Source: Anaerolineae bacterium (GTDB lineage Bacteria > Chloroflexota > Anaerolineae > Aggregatilineales > UBA3940). Taken from it: DNA of 64,000 nucleotides. The notes below the pieces were generated by a model that saw only the letters and a list, made by a program, of their open reading frames with translations, had not been told where the DNA came from and did not search any database. The position numbers and the translations under genes were made by a program. Below are positions 7,796-17,421 of the stretch, one piece after another. Position 1 is the stretch's first letter. The number at the start of each line of letters is the position of its first letter. The stretch is from positions 7,536-71,535 of the forward strand of contig DAOTYH010000080.1 of the NCBI GenBank assembly GCA_034435015.1. Direction: 5' to 3'.

Positions 7796-8953
7796 ATGGT
7801 TGCCTTTGTTTCATCCCCAGACCCTATTCAGAAGCTGGCACGGCTCGGCACTGCGGCTCGTTTTGAGCCGGCAGGCGATCAGCCTCAGGCAGAGATGCAG
7901 GCCAACGCGGCAGAGGCGATGTCGTGTATCTCGTATGTGACTACTCCGACCGGCAAGATGCCGGTCCTGAAAGCAATGGTCACCACAGCTTGCGAGAAGA
8001 ATTGCTTCTATTGCCCATTTCGGGCTGGACGGGGGGCGATGCACCGTTTGACCTTCAGCCCGGATGAGCTTGCCAGAGCCTTCGATCAGCTTCAACGGGC
8101 GAAGCTGGTCAATGGTATCTTCCTGTCATCGGGAATAGTAGGCGGCGGGGTATCAACTCAAGACAGCATCATTGATACCATCGAAATCATCCGCCGGAAG
8201 TATGAATATCGGGGCTATGTTCACCTCAAGATTATGCCGGGCGCTGACTATGAGCAGATCAGGCGGGCTATGCAACTTGCTGATCGCGTCTCAATTAACC
8301 TGGAGGGGCCTACTCAGGAACGCCTGTATGCCCTTGCACCTAAAAAGGATTTCGCCGGTGATCTGCTGGAGCGCCTGCGCTGGGCATACGCCATCCGGCA
8401 ACAGGCCCAAAAAGGGGAGATACGCGCAGGGGTGGTCACGCAGTTCGTGGTAGGAGCTGTGGGTGATACTGACCTGGAGTTGCTCAGCCTGAGCCAGCAA
8501 CTTTACCGGCAGATGAAGTTACGGCGGGCTTATTTCTCGGCCTTTAGCCCAGTCGAGGAAACGCCGTTCGAGAATCTGCCCCCTGCGCCGCCGCTCAGAG
8601 AGTTTCGCCTCTACCAGTCAAGCTTTCTGCTACGCGACTACGGCTGGGATGTGGAAGAACTGCCTTTCAAAGGAGACGGCAATCTCCCTCTGGAGGTTGA
8701 TCCTAAGCGTGCTTGGGCTGATGAGCATCTGCGGGAGGCGCCAATAGATGTCATGCGGGCTACCCGCCGGGAACTTCTCCGCGTTCCCGGCATTGGTCCA
8801 AAAGGGGCGGACAGGATCATACAAGCGCGGCGTAAAGGCCGTCTGGCTGATCTGGAGGCTCTGCGTGCTATCGGCATCCATGCACCTCAGCAGGCCGCGC
8901 CTTATATCCTGCTCGACGGGCGAAGGCCGTCCCAACAGTTACGGCTGTTCTGA
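7796..8953 (+). CDS. Putative DNA modification/repair radical SAM protein with a C-terminal helix-hairpin-helix (TIGR03916-like)
   Basis: CEKNCFYC cluster motif, GIFLSSG, YVHLKIMPG, LYQSSFLLRDYG, and HhH LLRVPGIGPKGA. Confidence 0.85.
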   Translation: MVAFVSSPDPIQKLARLGTAARFEPAGDQPQAEMQANAAEAMSCISYVTTPTGKMPVLKAMVTTACEKNCFYCPFRAGRGAMHRLTFSPDELARAFDQLQRAKLVNGIFLSSGIVGGGVSTQDSIIDTIEIIRRKYEYRGYVHLKIMPGADYEQIRRAMQLADRVSINLEGPTQERLYALAPKKDFAGDLLERLRWAYAIRQQAQKGEIRAGVVTQFVVGAVGDTDLELLSLSQQLYRQMKLRRAYFSAFSPVEETPFENLPPAPPLREFRLYQSSFLLRDYGWDVEELPFKGDGNLPLEVDPKRAWADEHLREAPIDVMRATRRELLRVPGIGPKGADRIIQARRKGRLADLEALRAIGIHAPQQAAPYILLDGRRPSQQLRLF

Positions 8954-8954
8954 T

Positions 8955-10610
8955 TCAGGGGCAATGGGCCTCTCCTTCCGTGCCAAAAACTACGTAGGAG
9001 CTGATGGCATTCCACCGCTCAGAAGAGACGCGCGGTTGTACTTCGCCGTCTATCCGCACTGCCACGACCTCATAGCCGGCGATGGTTGTGCCGTCTGGAG
9101 CGCAGAGAGGCAACAAGCCCCATTCCGTTACCCGTTCGTCATTCCTATCGAGGACAAAAACCTGCCTCTCAGACTGCAACAGGGAGCTGATCTCAAGCTG
9201 TGAAGAGACATTATCCCATGCTTCGTAGTAGGGCGGAGGGCCGGGCGGCGGGTAGACCTCCGGTGGAGCTATCGCTGTGAAGCCGGGCTTGTTTTCCACA
9301 AAGGCTGTATAACGCACTGCCCAACTGTAGTAGAAGGCCGCCGAATTGGGATGCGGCATCAACAACCATGCCCCCGGCTGGGCCTGTGAAACCAGTGTGT
9401 GAGAGTTGATCTCATAGTCTGTCCGGCGGCTCTGATCTACGCGGGGAAAGCCGGCGTACAGACTAATCCCCAGAGCCAGCAATAGGGAGATAATCAGCGC
9501 AATGGGGATGGAATGGGCGACCAGCCGCCTGCCTTCTAGAAGTGACCTCTTAGCGTATGGCTGTAACAGCTCCCATAGCCGTAGCCCCCCATAGCTCATC
9601 AACGGTGCAAAGAGCACATAACAGGGGGTCAGGAAGTCGTGCCAGTCGGGGATAGCGTAGCCCATCACGAAGATATATTCGGTTACCAGCCCTAGCACCA
9701 AAAACCATGCCAGCGAGGGCCGCCGTCGAAATAACTCCCATCCTCCAATGATTCCCAGAATATATCCCCATGGCATGAACTGTTCGTTGAACTGTCCGAT
9801 TGACTCTGGCAGGCGGGCTAGAATCTCATGTCGAGGCAGGGCAAACATTTGTCCCCTGAATGGGCCGCCTGTCAGATAGGTGGGAAGTGCTGATATAGAG
9901 GGGCAGTAATTACAGAAGGGCGGGGCGGCCATGACCCGCAATGGGATATACAGGTATTGCAGGGCGGCCAGCAATGCGATTCCAGCGGCAATCAACAGAT
10001 TGCGCGGCTGTAAGACCGAGCGATCAGTCTCTTCCACAATGTAAAGGATAGCTGGCAACAACAGGATCATGCTGACGTGATTGCCAAAACTGAAAGCATA
10101 CACCGCGATAGCGGCCCAGTATAGCCCTCTCTGATGGGTGTCATGCCACGCAGTCAACAGGTAGAATGTCAGGGCCACATATAGCGCATTCAGAGCATAC
10201 AGCTCAGCAATGCTGGCTTGATACCATAGGCGTGTTGCTACTGCCAGTCCAAGGCTGGCGTAACCGCTGGCGACCAGATTGTGGGTCAGGCGATAGGCAA
10301 GGAGGTGTACACACCCTACTGTGGCCGCCATGCAAAGAGCGGAAAACAAGTTAAGCCGGTAAGCCGCACTAGGGCCGGGCAGTACCAGCATCGCCAGCCG
10401 CCCCAGCATCAGGTATTGCGGACTGCCGGGAGGATGAATCACACCGCCGACCAGCGTGGCGATCTGAAGCTCCATGCTGTCCAGTGATGGCCCGACGCCG
10501 GGATGGAGCGTCTGCAGATACAAACCCAGCGCAAGTAGTGCCACTGCCAGTGATGAGAGCAGGACGATGCGTGGTAGAGAATCCTGCTCGGCGGCTGGAG
10601 TGTCAGGCAC
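8955..10610 (-). CDS. DUF2723/TMEM260-like multi-pass GT-C-fold glycosyltransferase
   Basis: DSMELQ, HPPGSPQY, YRLNLFSA, AELYAL, GNH motifs and many TM helices. GTG at 10610 has GGAGG 6 nt upstream. Confidence 0.75.
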   Translation of the reverse strand: MPDTPAAEQDSLPRIVLLSSLAVALLALGLYLQTLHPGVGPSLDSMELQIATLVGGVIHPPGSPQYLMLGRLAMLVLPGPSAAYRLNLFSALCMAATVGCVHLLAYRLTHNLVASGYASLGLAVATRLWYQASIAELYALNALYVALTFYLLTAWHDTHQRGLYWAAIAVYAFSFGNHVSMILLLPAILYIVEETDRSVLQPRNLLIAAGIALLAALQYLYIPLRVMAAPPFCNYCPSISALPTYLTGGPFRGQMFALPRHEILARLPESIGQFNEQFMPWGYILGIIGGWELFRRRPSLAWFLVLGLVTEYIFVMGYAIPDWHDFLTPCYVLFAPLMSYGGLRLWELLQPYAKRSLLEGRRLVAHSIPIALIISLLLALGISLYAGFPRVDQSRRTDYEINSHTLVSQAQPGAWLLMPHPNSAAFYYSWAVRYTAFVENKPGFTAIAPPEVYPPPGPPPYYEAWDNVSSQLEISSLLQSERQVFVLDRNDERVTEWGLLPLCAPDGTTIAGYEVVAVRIDGEVQPRVSSERWNAISSYVVFGTEGEAHCP

Positions 10611-10760
10611 TGGATGCCTCCATGTGTGGGGACATTGAGGATCAGTGTTGCCAATTGTGCCGCATCCCCTGCGGGGCGGCAAGTCTGGGTGGGGTATACC
10701 GCAGGGGCCTGTTTGTGCGTCTCGCTCAGGAGTGTATGTAGAACAGGCAGGCTATGTTAT

Positions 10761-11555
10761 CTAGTCGCCTGCGGCGACCAGCTTCCACTGCTCAGTGGGG
10801 AACTCCCATTTTTCAACCGCGCTGATTAGGTTCTGATCGGTCATATCCAGCCGGATAGGAGTCACAGAGATATAGCCATGGGCAACCGCCCACAGGTCAG
10901 TGCCTACTTCCTCTACGTCGCCCGTAGGGCGCTCGCCGCCGATCCAATAGTAGGGTTCGCCCATCGGGTCTATTCGTTCCACCAGTTTGTCATGATAGCG
11001 GCGCCGCCCCTGCCGTGTAACTCGTACACCTTTGACCAGCCCTAACGGCACGTTGACATTGAGCAGGGTAAGTTCTGGTAATCCCTTCTCCAGCGTAACC
11101 GGTGTAAGCTGAGCCGCGAAGGCCGCCGCGTGTTCAAAGGCCGGCTCGGTGTAGGAGTCAAGTGAGACGGCAATAGCCGGTACACCGAAAATAGCCGCTT
11201 CCATAGCCGCCGTGACTGTGCCGCTATAGGTGATGTCTTGGGCCACATTGGCCCCTTGATTGATCCCGCTGATGACGATGTCTACAGGCTCTTTGATGTA
11301 GCCCAGCAGTGCCAGTGCAATGGCGTCGGCAGGGGAGCCGGAACAAGCGTGGCCGGTTGCGCCATCGGGTAGCGTGACTGGGCGGATGCGTAACGGCTCG
11401 CGCAGGGTCTTGCGGTGCCCTACTGCACTCTGGTTCTGGGCAGGGGCCATGACAGTGACCTTAGCCCCCTTAATGGCACGCAATGCGGTGTACAGGGCCA
11501 TAATTCCGGGCGCATGAATACCGTCGTCATTAGTGACTAGAATGTGCATGGTCAT
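10761..11555 (-). CDS. surE: 5'/3'-nucleotidase SurE
   Basis: ILVTNDDG, APAQNQSAVG, SGINQGAN, YSGTVTAAMEA. Confidence 0.95.
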   Translation of the reverse strand: MTMHILVTNDDGIHAPGIMALYTALRAIKGAKVTVMAPAQNQSAVGHRKTLREPLRIRPVTLPDGATGHACSGSPADAIALALLGYIKEPVDIVISGINQGANVAQDITYSGTVTAAMEAAIFGVPAIAVSLDSYTEPAFEHAAAFAAQLTPVTLEKGLPELTLLNVNVPLGLVKGVRVTRQGRRRYHDKLVERIDPMGEPYYWIGGERPTGDVEEVGTDLWAVAHGYISVTPIRLDMTDQNLISAVEKWEFPTEQWKLVAAGD

Positions 11556-11784
11556 TTACCTCCTCATGATGATAACCATATCGGGGGCAGGTTAACAATA
11601 AATTAGGCTCGTATTAAAGATATTTAAGAATGTGAACAGAAGAAAAGAAGAGGTGAGGTAACAGGAGGTTGAACGTGTATAGACTCTAGGGTTATGCTGT
11701 CCTAGCCTGCCCAGCGTGGTACAATGTGAGCCTCTTCAAATATGTCAAGAGACAGCCTTTCTCTTAGTGATCTGGGGTAACTGG

Positions 11785-12813
11785 ATGAAAAGTTGGAGAC
11801 GCTGGTTGTTCTTGGCGCTGGGGTTTGGAATAAGCGCCGTTTTTATCTATCTAGCCTTGCAGGGGCTGAACCTGTATCAGGTGTGGCTGGATATGCGGTC
11901 GGCTAACTACTGGTGGATCATCCCCGGTGTGGCTGTTTACTTCGTAGCGGTCTGGGCCAGAACATGGCGCTGGCATTACCTGTTGCGCCCCATCAAGCGT
12001 ATCAAGTTAGACAAACTCTTCCCCGTTGTTGTGATTGGCTACATGGGCAATAATGTTTATCCGTTCCGTGCTGGCGAGTTCATCCGCGCATGGGTGCTTC
12101 GGCGCAACGAAGGGGTCAGCATCAGTGCTTCACTGGCCACGATCATCGTCGAGCGCATCTTTGATGGTCTGGTCATGTTGATCTTTGTCTTTGCAACACT
12201 ACCCTTTGCTCCGATCCCGGTACAATATGACCGGCTGGTGATCTGGACTACTGTGCTCTTTTTCGGCGTGCTGGCTGTCTTCTTTGTGCTGGCCTTGCGC
12301 CCGGCTTTGACCCGGCGCCTGTATACCTGGGCCTTCGAGCGGTTTATTCCGGTTGAGGGCCTGCGGAAGGGGCTTCTGGGGCTGGCCGACCGTTTCATGG
12401 ACGGGCTGTCTTCTTTGCGCAGTCCGCTTGATATGCTGATGACACTGGTCACTTCTATTGTGATCTGGCTGACCGAGACAACGAAGTACTGGTTCATCAT
12501 GCATGCCTTCAATTTTCAAGTAAGCTTCTTTGTGCTGATGTTAATGACGGCGGTAGTGAATCTGTTTACTACACTGCCTAGCTCGCCCGGCTACGTAGGG
12601 ACATTTGACGAGCCGGGTATCGAGGTTCTCAAAGCCTTTGGTGTTCCACACAGCGTAGCGGCGGCCTATACACTGGTGTTACACGCGGCGTTATGGTTTC
12701 CGATCACCCTGCTGGGGATTTACTACATGGCTCAACAGGGGGTGAGGTGGGGAGACTTCGCCCGTGCCGCACAGGCGGCTCAGGCCGCAGGGCCGGAAGG
12801 AGTGGGTAAGTGA
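11785..12813 (+). CDS. Lysylphosphatidylglycerol synthase TM-region (UPF0104, flippase-like) membrane protein
   Basis: RTWRWHYLL, GYMGNNVYPFRAGEFIR, ERIFD, PSSPGYVGTF. The likely ATG is at 11785; an extended -10 TGGTACAAT lies at 11717-11725. Confidence 0.85.
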   Translation: MKSWRRWLFLALGFGISAVFIYLALQGLNLYQVWLDMRSANYWWIIPGVAVYFVAVWARTWRWHYLLRPIKRIKLDKLFPVVVIGYMGNNVYPFRAGEFIRAWVLRRNEGVSISASLATIIVERIFDGLVMLIFVFATLPFAPIPVQYDRLVIWTTVLFFGVLAVFFVLALRPALTRRLYTWAFERFIPVEGLRKGLLGLADRFMDGLSSLRSPLDMLMTLVTSIVIWLTETTKYWFIMHAFNFQVSFFVLMLMTAVVNLFTTLPSSPGYVGTFDEPGIEVLKAFGVPHSVAAAYTLVLHAALWFPITLLGIYYMAQQGVRWGDFARAAQAAQAAGPEGVGK

Positions 12814-13826
12814 AGCGGCAGATGCCACCGTGGCTGGCAAAGCTGATCCTTGCGCTGGCTCTTCCTGCTCGCAGGCGCACGGCTTTCACTGTTGTGCTTG
12901 GCGTATTGGGCATTATCAGCGTGTATCTCCTGTTTATCCTGATCACAATGCGCGAGCGCGGCATTGGGCGGGAGCAGGTATTTGAAAACCCGGCTGTGTT
13001 TCTAGAAGCGGCATTGGTCCCGCTTCTGCTGGTTGCTATTCTCATTATCTCTGCATTAGTGTTGGGCATTCTGACTCGCCTGTCGGCTCGCTGGTATCAT
13101 TCGGCCCTCGGAGCGGCGTTGGCCCGGCTTGGCCTCTCAGGAAAGCCGTTTCTGGGGGAGGGATGGCAGTATTATGGCACAGTGGCCGGACGGGAGATAG
13201 ATGTTATTGCCGTTCTCCCGCGGCGGTCATCTAAGCAGAGACTAGGAGGGGGCTTCACGGGCAAGAACCGACCCCATGTGGCTGTCTCAGTACGAGCGGC
13301 ACATTATGGTACCTTGTCTCTTATGCCTGCTCAGATGTTGGACAAGAAGTCTCTTGACCGGGAGTTCAAGTGTCTTGAGGTGCAGAGTCGGGGTTTTGAA
13401 GGCATGATTGCCGTGACCAGCGATATGCGCTGGGGCAACCGTCTGTTTGCCGACCCGTCTGCCAAGGCCGCGTTGAAGCGCCTCTGCGTCAATGGGACTT
13501 CCCAATACTGGGACCTCGTCACGCTCCAGCCGGGTACTGTGACATTCCTAAGCTATTTCAAGAGGGCTTCTGTGCCTGAGGACGAGATAAGCGGGCGTTT
13601 CACGTTTGAGCAGATTCGCCAGTGGATTGAGGATTTGGAGACCATCGCGAGCGTAGCGGAAAAGCTTCCCAAGCCTTCGGGGGCGACACAGATGCCTGCC
13701 GAGACGGATTTTCTGCTACGCAGGAATCCCGGTGCGGCTTCTTATGCTTTTGGGCTGGGTCTAGGGTTGATAGTAGTGATCTGGATGTGGTTCCGGATCA
13801 TCACTGAGTATGTCGCACTGCCATGA
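12810..13826 (+). CDS. Hypothetical membrane protein (3 TM segments flanking a soluble domain)
   Basis: 338-aa ORF coupled to the upstream gene by a GTGA overlap; no recognised motif. Confidence 0.6.
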   Translation: MKRQMPPWLAKLILALALPARRRTAFTVVLGVLGIISVYLLFILITMRERGIGREQVFENPAVFLEAALVPLLLVAILIISALVLGILTRLSARWYHSALGAALARLGLSGKPFLGEGWQYYGTVAGREIDVIAVLPRRSSKQRLGGGFTGKNRPHVAVSVRAAHYGTLSLMPAQMLDKKSLDREFKCLEVQSRGFEGMIAVTSDMRWGNRLFADPSAKAALKRLCVNGTSQYWDLVTLQPGTVTFLSYFKRASVPEDEISGRFTFEQIRQWIEDLETIASVAEKLPKPSGATQMPAETDFLLRRNPGAASYAFGLGLGLIVVIWMWFRIITEYVALP

Positions 13827-13870
13827 TAGTCTGATCGCTTGCAGGGACTTGGAACAGTACGAGGGAACTC

Positions 13871-15220
13871 ATGAAGATCGCTGTTATCGGGGCTGGCGCC
13901 GCCGGGCTGGCGGCGGCGTATGATCTCGCTCAAGCGGGCCGCGCCGTTACTGTTTATGAAGCAGGGGCAGAGGTCGGCGGGCTGGCCGCCGGATTCAAAG
14001 ATGAGCGGTGGGATTGGTCGCTTGAGAAGTTCTACCACCATTGGTTTGCCACAGACTATGACATACTGGCCCTGCTGAAAGAGATCGGTTGCGCACATAA
14101 AGTGCGTTTCTATGCTCCTGTTACAAGCTACTGGCACAGGCTGGGTAACTTCGCCTTAGATAAGCCGGTACTCCCTAGCGGGTTACTCTCGCGCGTGGTG
14201 AACGTCCTTCGCATTCCAGAAATGTCGTTGTTCGATAAGCTACGGCTGGGGATTGTCAGCGGGCTGGTGGCCTTCATCCCAAACGGGCTGTTCCTTGAGA
14301 AGTACACAGCCGACAGTTGGTCTCGCCGCTGGATGGGAAAGGTTGTCCATGAGCGGTTCTGGCGCCCGATGCTGATTGGGAAGTTTGGGCCGTTGTATGA
14401 TCAGGTGAACATGGCCTGGCTGTGGGCACGTATGAACAAGCGTACCGCTAAGCTGGGAACCTACATTGGCGGGTTTCAGGCCGCATTAGAGGATATTGCT
14501 ACAGCAGTCCAGCGGGCTGGAGCGACGATCTGCTTAAATACCCCTGTAGAGGAGGTCGTCCGGCATTCAGAAGGAGGATGGAAGGTCACAGCGGGCGGGC
14601 AAAGTACCAGATTCGATCAGGTGCTCTGTACGGCAGGGCCGGCGTTGCTCCTGAAGGTTGCTCCCGAACTGCCCGATCCTTACGCCGCACAGGTGCGAGC
14701 GTTGCGCAGTCTGGGGGCTATTGCCCTGATTTTGGCCCTTGATCGGCAACTGATGACAGATGGAACATACTGGCTCAATCTGCCTGCTAACAGCCCTGAC
14801 AAAGAGGAGAATCCCTTCCCATTTCTGGCTCTGGTTGAGCATACCAACTATATCTCCCCAGAGTACTTTGGCGGCGATCATATCGTGTACATGGGCGATT
14901 ATCTCCCGCCGGATCACGAATACTTCCGGCTGAGCGAGGATGAGCTGGCCGCTCGTTTCCTGCCTGCTCTCAGGCGTGTTAACCCTGACTTTTCACCAGA
15001 CTGGATACGCAAACGCTGGCTGTTCCGGGCTTCCTATGCTCAGCCGGTGCCTTTTGTCAATCACTCCCGCCATCTGCCAGGTATCCGCACACCGCTTCGG
15101 GGGCTGTACTTTGCTTCCATGAGTCAGGTCTATCCATGGGATCGGGGGACAAACTACGCCGTCGAGATCGGGAGAAGGGCGGCCCGGATGATGATAGAGG
15201 ATGCACGCAAGCCGGAATAA
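13871..15220 (+). CDS. NAD(P)/FAD-dependent oxidoreductase (protoporphyrinogen oxidase/amine oxidase-like)
   Basis: KIAVIGAGAAGLAAA Rossmann motif, GGLA, EKFYHHWF, YPWDRGTNYAV. Confidence 0.85.
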   Translation: MKIAVIGAGAAGLAAAYDLAQAGRAVTVYEAGAEVGGLAAGFKDERWDWSLEKFYHHWFATDYDILALLKEIGCAHKVRFYAPVTSYWHRLGNFALDKPVLPSGLLSRVVNVLRIPEMSLFDKLRLGIVSGLVAFIPNGLFLEKYTADSWSRRWMGKVVHERFWRPMLIGKFGPLYDQVNMAWLWARMNKRTAKLGTYIGGFQAALEDIATAVQRAGATICLNTPVEEVVRHSEGGWKVTAGGQSTRFDQVLCTAGPALLLKVAPELPDPYAAQVRALRSLGAIALILALDRQLMTDGTYWLNLPANSPDKEENPFPFLALVEHTNYISPEYFGGDHIVYMGDYLPPDHEYFRLSEDELAARFLPALRRVNPDFSPDWIRKRWLFRASYAQPVPFVNHSRHLPGIRTPLRGLYFASMSQVYPWDRGTNYAVEIGRRAARMMIEDARKPE

Positions 15221-15222
15221 GA

Positions 15223-15249
15223 ACAGAGGCGGGATGACCCCGCCTCTGT
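15223..15249. terminator. GC-rich hairpin between the oxidoreductase and the convergent tRNA
   Basis: ACAGAGGCGGG-atgac-CCCGCCTCTGT, an 11-bp perfect stem. Confidence 0.7.
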
Positions 15250-15252
15250 CAG

Positions 15253-15324
15253 AGCGGGTAAGGGGATTCGAACCCCTGACATTCAGCTTGGGAAGCTGAC
15301 GTTCTACCGCTGAACTATACCCGC
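15253..15324 (-). tRNA. tRNA-Gly (anticodon CCC), CCA end not encoded
   Basis: Minus strand GCGGGTATAGTTCAGCGGTAGAACGTCAGCTTCCCAAGCTGAATGTCAGGGGTTCGAATCCCCTTACCCGCT: 7-bp acceptor stem, anticodon loop TTCCCAA, T-loop GTTCGAAT, U73. TATAAT lies upstream at 15346-15341. Confidence 0.97.
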
Positions 15325-15393
15325 AGATCAGCCTGTTTGTATTATACACCGAACCAACAGAGGCGCAACGATCTTCCTTGCCGCAGTGCTCAG

Positions 15394-16347
15394 TTATCCC
15401 AGCGGCATATGATGCCATGCCGCATAGCGCCCCGTCAGTGCGTGGGAGAGCTGACGCTCAATGTCATTCAACAGGCCGCTTGCCCCAAAACGGAACAGGG
15501 CAGGCCTCATCCATTCATTCCCTAGTTCCTCTTTCATCAAGATCAGCCAGTTCACGGCCTGCTTGGCAGTGCGGATACCCCCGGCAGGCTTGAACCCTGC
15601 TTTATAGCCTGTGCGTTCCTGATAGGCGCGGATGGCGCGAACCATGACCAGGCTCACAGGCAGGGTGGCGTTGACAGCCTCCTTGCCTGTTGAGGTCTTG
15701 ATGAAGTCGGCGCCGGCCATCATGCACACCAGGCTGGCCTGATACACATGGCGTAATGTGCCCAGCTCACCGGTTGCGAGGATGGTCTTCATGTGTGCCT
15801 CGCCGCACGCCTCGCGGAACTGCTTGACCTCGTCATAGAGGGCCTCCCAGTTGCCGGTCAGCACATGTTCACGCGAGATGACAATGTCAATCTCGCGTGC
15901 TCCGGCGGCTACCGACTCGCCGATCTCGGCTACTCGTTGCTTAAAAGGGCTCTGCCCCGCTGGGAAGCCGGCAGACACCGCCGCTACTGGAATACCAGAG
16001 TCCTTGAGTGCCATTACAGCATCTGCCACCCGGCTGTGGTATACACATACCGCCGCTACACGTATCCCTTTGCCCGCCATACCCAATCCCTCCAGCAGGT
16101 CTTGGCGGACAGGCTGGAGAGCTTTGGCACATAGACGCCGGACATTGCCGGGTGTGTCGTCACCGGAGAGGGTGGTCAGATCAACACAGGTAACGGCTCG
16201 TAACAGCCAAGCCGCCTGCCAGTCTTTCTTAACGGTACGGCGCGTAGTAAGTGTGTCGGCTCGGCGCTCAACAGCACTGCGATTGATATGGGCTTCGTAC
16301 ACCCAGCTTAGATCAAGCGGAATACCAGGGTTGCGGCCATTCGACAT
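15394..16347 (-). CDS. deoC: Deoxyribose-phosphate aldolase (long type)
   Basis: DLTTLSGDDT, AVCVY, MKTIL, DFIKTSTGKE, GFKPAGGIR, FRFGASGLL. Confidence 0.93.
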   Translation of the reverse strand: MSNGRNPGIPLDLSWVYEAHINRSAVERRADTLTTRRTVKKDWQAAWLLRAVTCVDLTTLSGDDTPGNVRRLCAKALQPVRQDLLEGLGMAGKGIRVAAVCVYHSRVADAVMALKDSGIPVAAVSAGFPAGQSPFKQRVAEIGESVAAGAREIDIVISREHVLTGNWEALYDEVKQFREACGEAHMKTILATGELGTLRHVYQASLVCMMAGADFIKTSTGKEAVNATLPVSLVMVRAIRAYQERTGYKAGFKPAGGIRTAKQAVNWLILMKEELGNEWMRPALFRFGASGLLNDIERQLSHALTGRYAAWHHMPLG

Positions 16348-16362
16348 AAGCACCTACCTTAC

Positions 16363-17421
16363 TCAGAACATCAACCTTGGCAGGAAGATCAACATCAGAT
16401 TAATTGTCACCTGACACAAGTAAGCGGCGGCCAGTCCATAGCGGTCGCGGATGAAGCTGTAGATGCCCGCCAGAACAGTATAGAACACAGCGACCGCTAT
16501 CAGATAAACGGGCGAACTGGATGCCGCCGGCCAGTACAGGAGGACCGTGCTTAACCCTGCCCCAATGATGCTGAGTGCCAGACCATGTCTATCCTGTAAT
16601 GCCCCCCTGAAGAAGAGTGTCTCGGACAGGGGGATAGCGAACACAAGCGCCATCAGTAACATGGCCGGGCTGGCATCAGGGAAGAGCAGACGAGAGGTGT
16701 CAGCAAGGCCGGGTCCCGTCAGGATCAGCAGGGGCAGGCCGATCACCAACCCTACCCCTAGTCCCCATATCAAGCTAGGGCCGGTGATCGGATCAGGCGG
16801 TTTTTCCGGGTCAACAAGCGTCAGTAGTGCCCCTACTGCCGCCAAGATGACCCACAACACGGCATAGCGTGTCTCCGGTTCAATGACCAGCGTGCCTAAG
16901 CCCAGTGCGATATAGAGCGCCAACAGATAGAGAGGGTCGAGTCTAGTACGGTGTGTCACCGGCGCGGCAGGTGCTGTGGGCTGAGGGACAGGCGGCGCTG
17001 GGGGCGGCGGGGATGGTTCATCCAACTGGAGAGGTGGGACCTCCAGGGGAGTGGATAAAGGCGAAAGCGGGCGAAAACCGGGTGACTCAGCTACCGGGAA
17101 GGTCACTCGCTCCTCTGGTAACCCAAGTCGTTGTTTGAAGGGAGAGCCGCCAGCGCGTGTGAAGGGTATGGCGGCAAGCTGTGGCGGTATGGCTGTCTGA
17201 AATGCTTCAGGCGGCGGCAGGACTACGTGCCTTAGAGGCGGAAGGCCGGGGGTTATTGGTTGTCGGGCGGCCTCCAAGTTGACCGGCGGAGGTGCGGCCA
17301 TCTCAAAGACGCTCTCTTCCAGCCTGCCATGTACTATGGGCACACAATGATGTGACCACAAGTGAGGTACAGACTCACCGTTGTCGCTGGACAGATTCTC
17401 TTCATGAGGGGGGAGCATCAT
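16363..17421 (-). CDS. CPBP/Abi (CAAX protease-like) family membrane protein with a Pro-rich N-terminus and degenerate motifs
   Basis: C-terminal multi-TM domain with SETLFFRGALQ and ...RDRYGLAAAYLCQVTINL; about 150 aa of Pro-rich N-terminus. Confidence 0.7.
   Translation of the reverse strand: MMLPPHEENLSSDNGESVPHLWSHHCVPIVHGRLEESVFEMAAPPPVNLEAARQPITPGLPPLRHVVLPPPEAFQTAIPPQLAAIPFTRAGGSPFKQRLGLPEERVTFPVAESPGFRPLSPLSTPLEVPPLQLDEPSPPPPAPPVPQPTAPAAPVTHRTRLDPLYLLALYIALGLGTLVIEPETRYAVLWVILAAVGALLTLVDPEKPPDPITGPSLIWGLGVGLVIGLPLLILTGPGLADTSRLLFPDASPAMLLMALVFAIPLSETLFFRGALQDRHGLALSIIGAGLSTVLLYWPAASSSPVYLIAVAVFYTVLAGIYSFIRDRYGLAAAYLCQVTINLMLIFLPRLMF

Noticed and set aside
15253-15324. Genomic island integrated at tRNA-Gly
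   Set aside because: I saw no duplication of the tRNA 3' end, no integrase and no compositional break.
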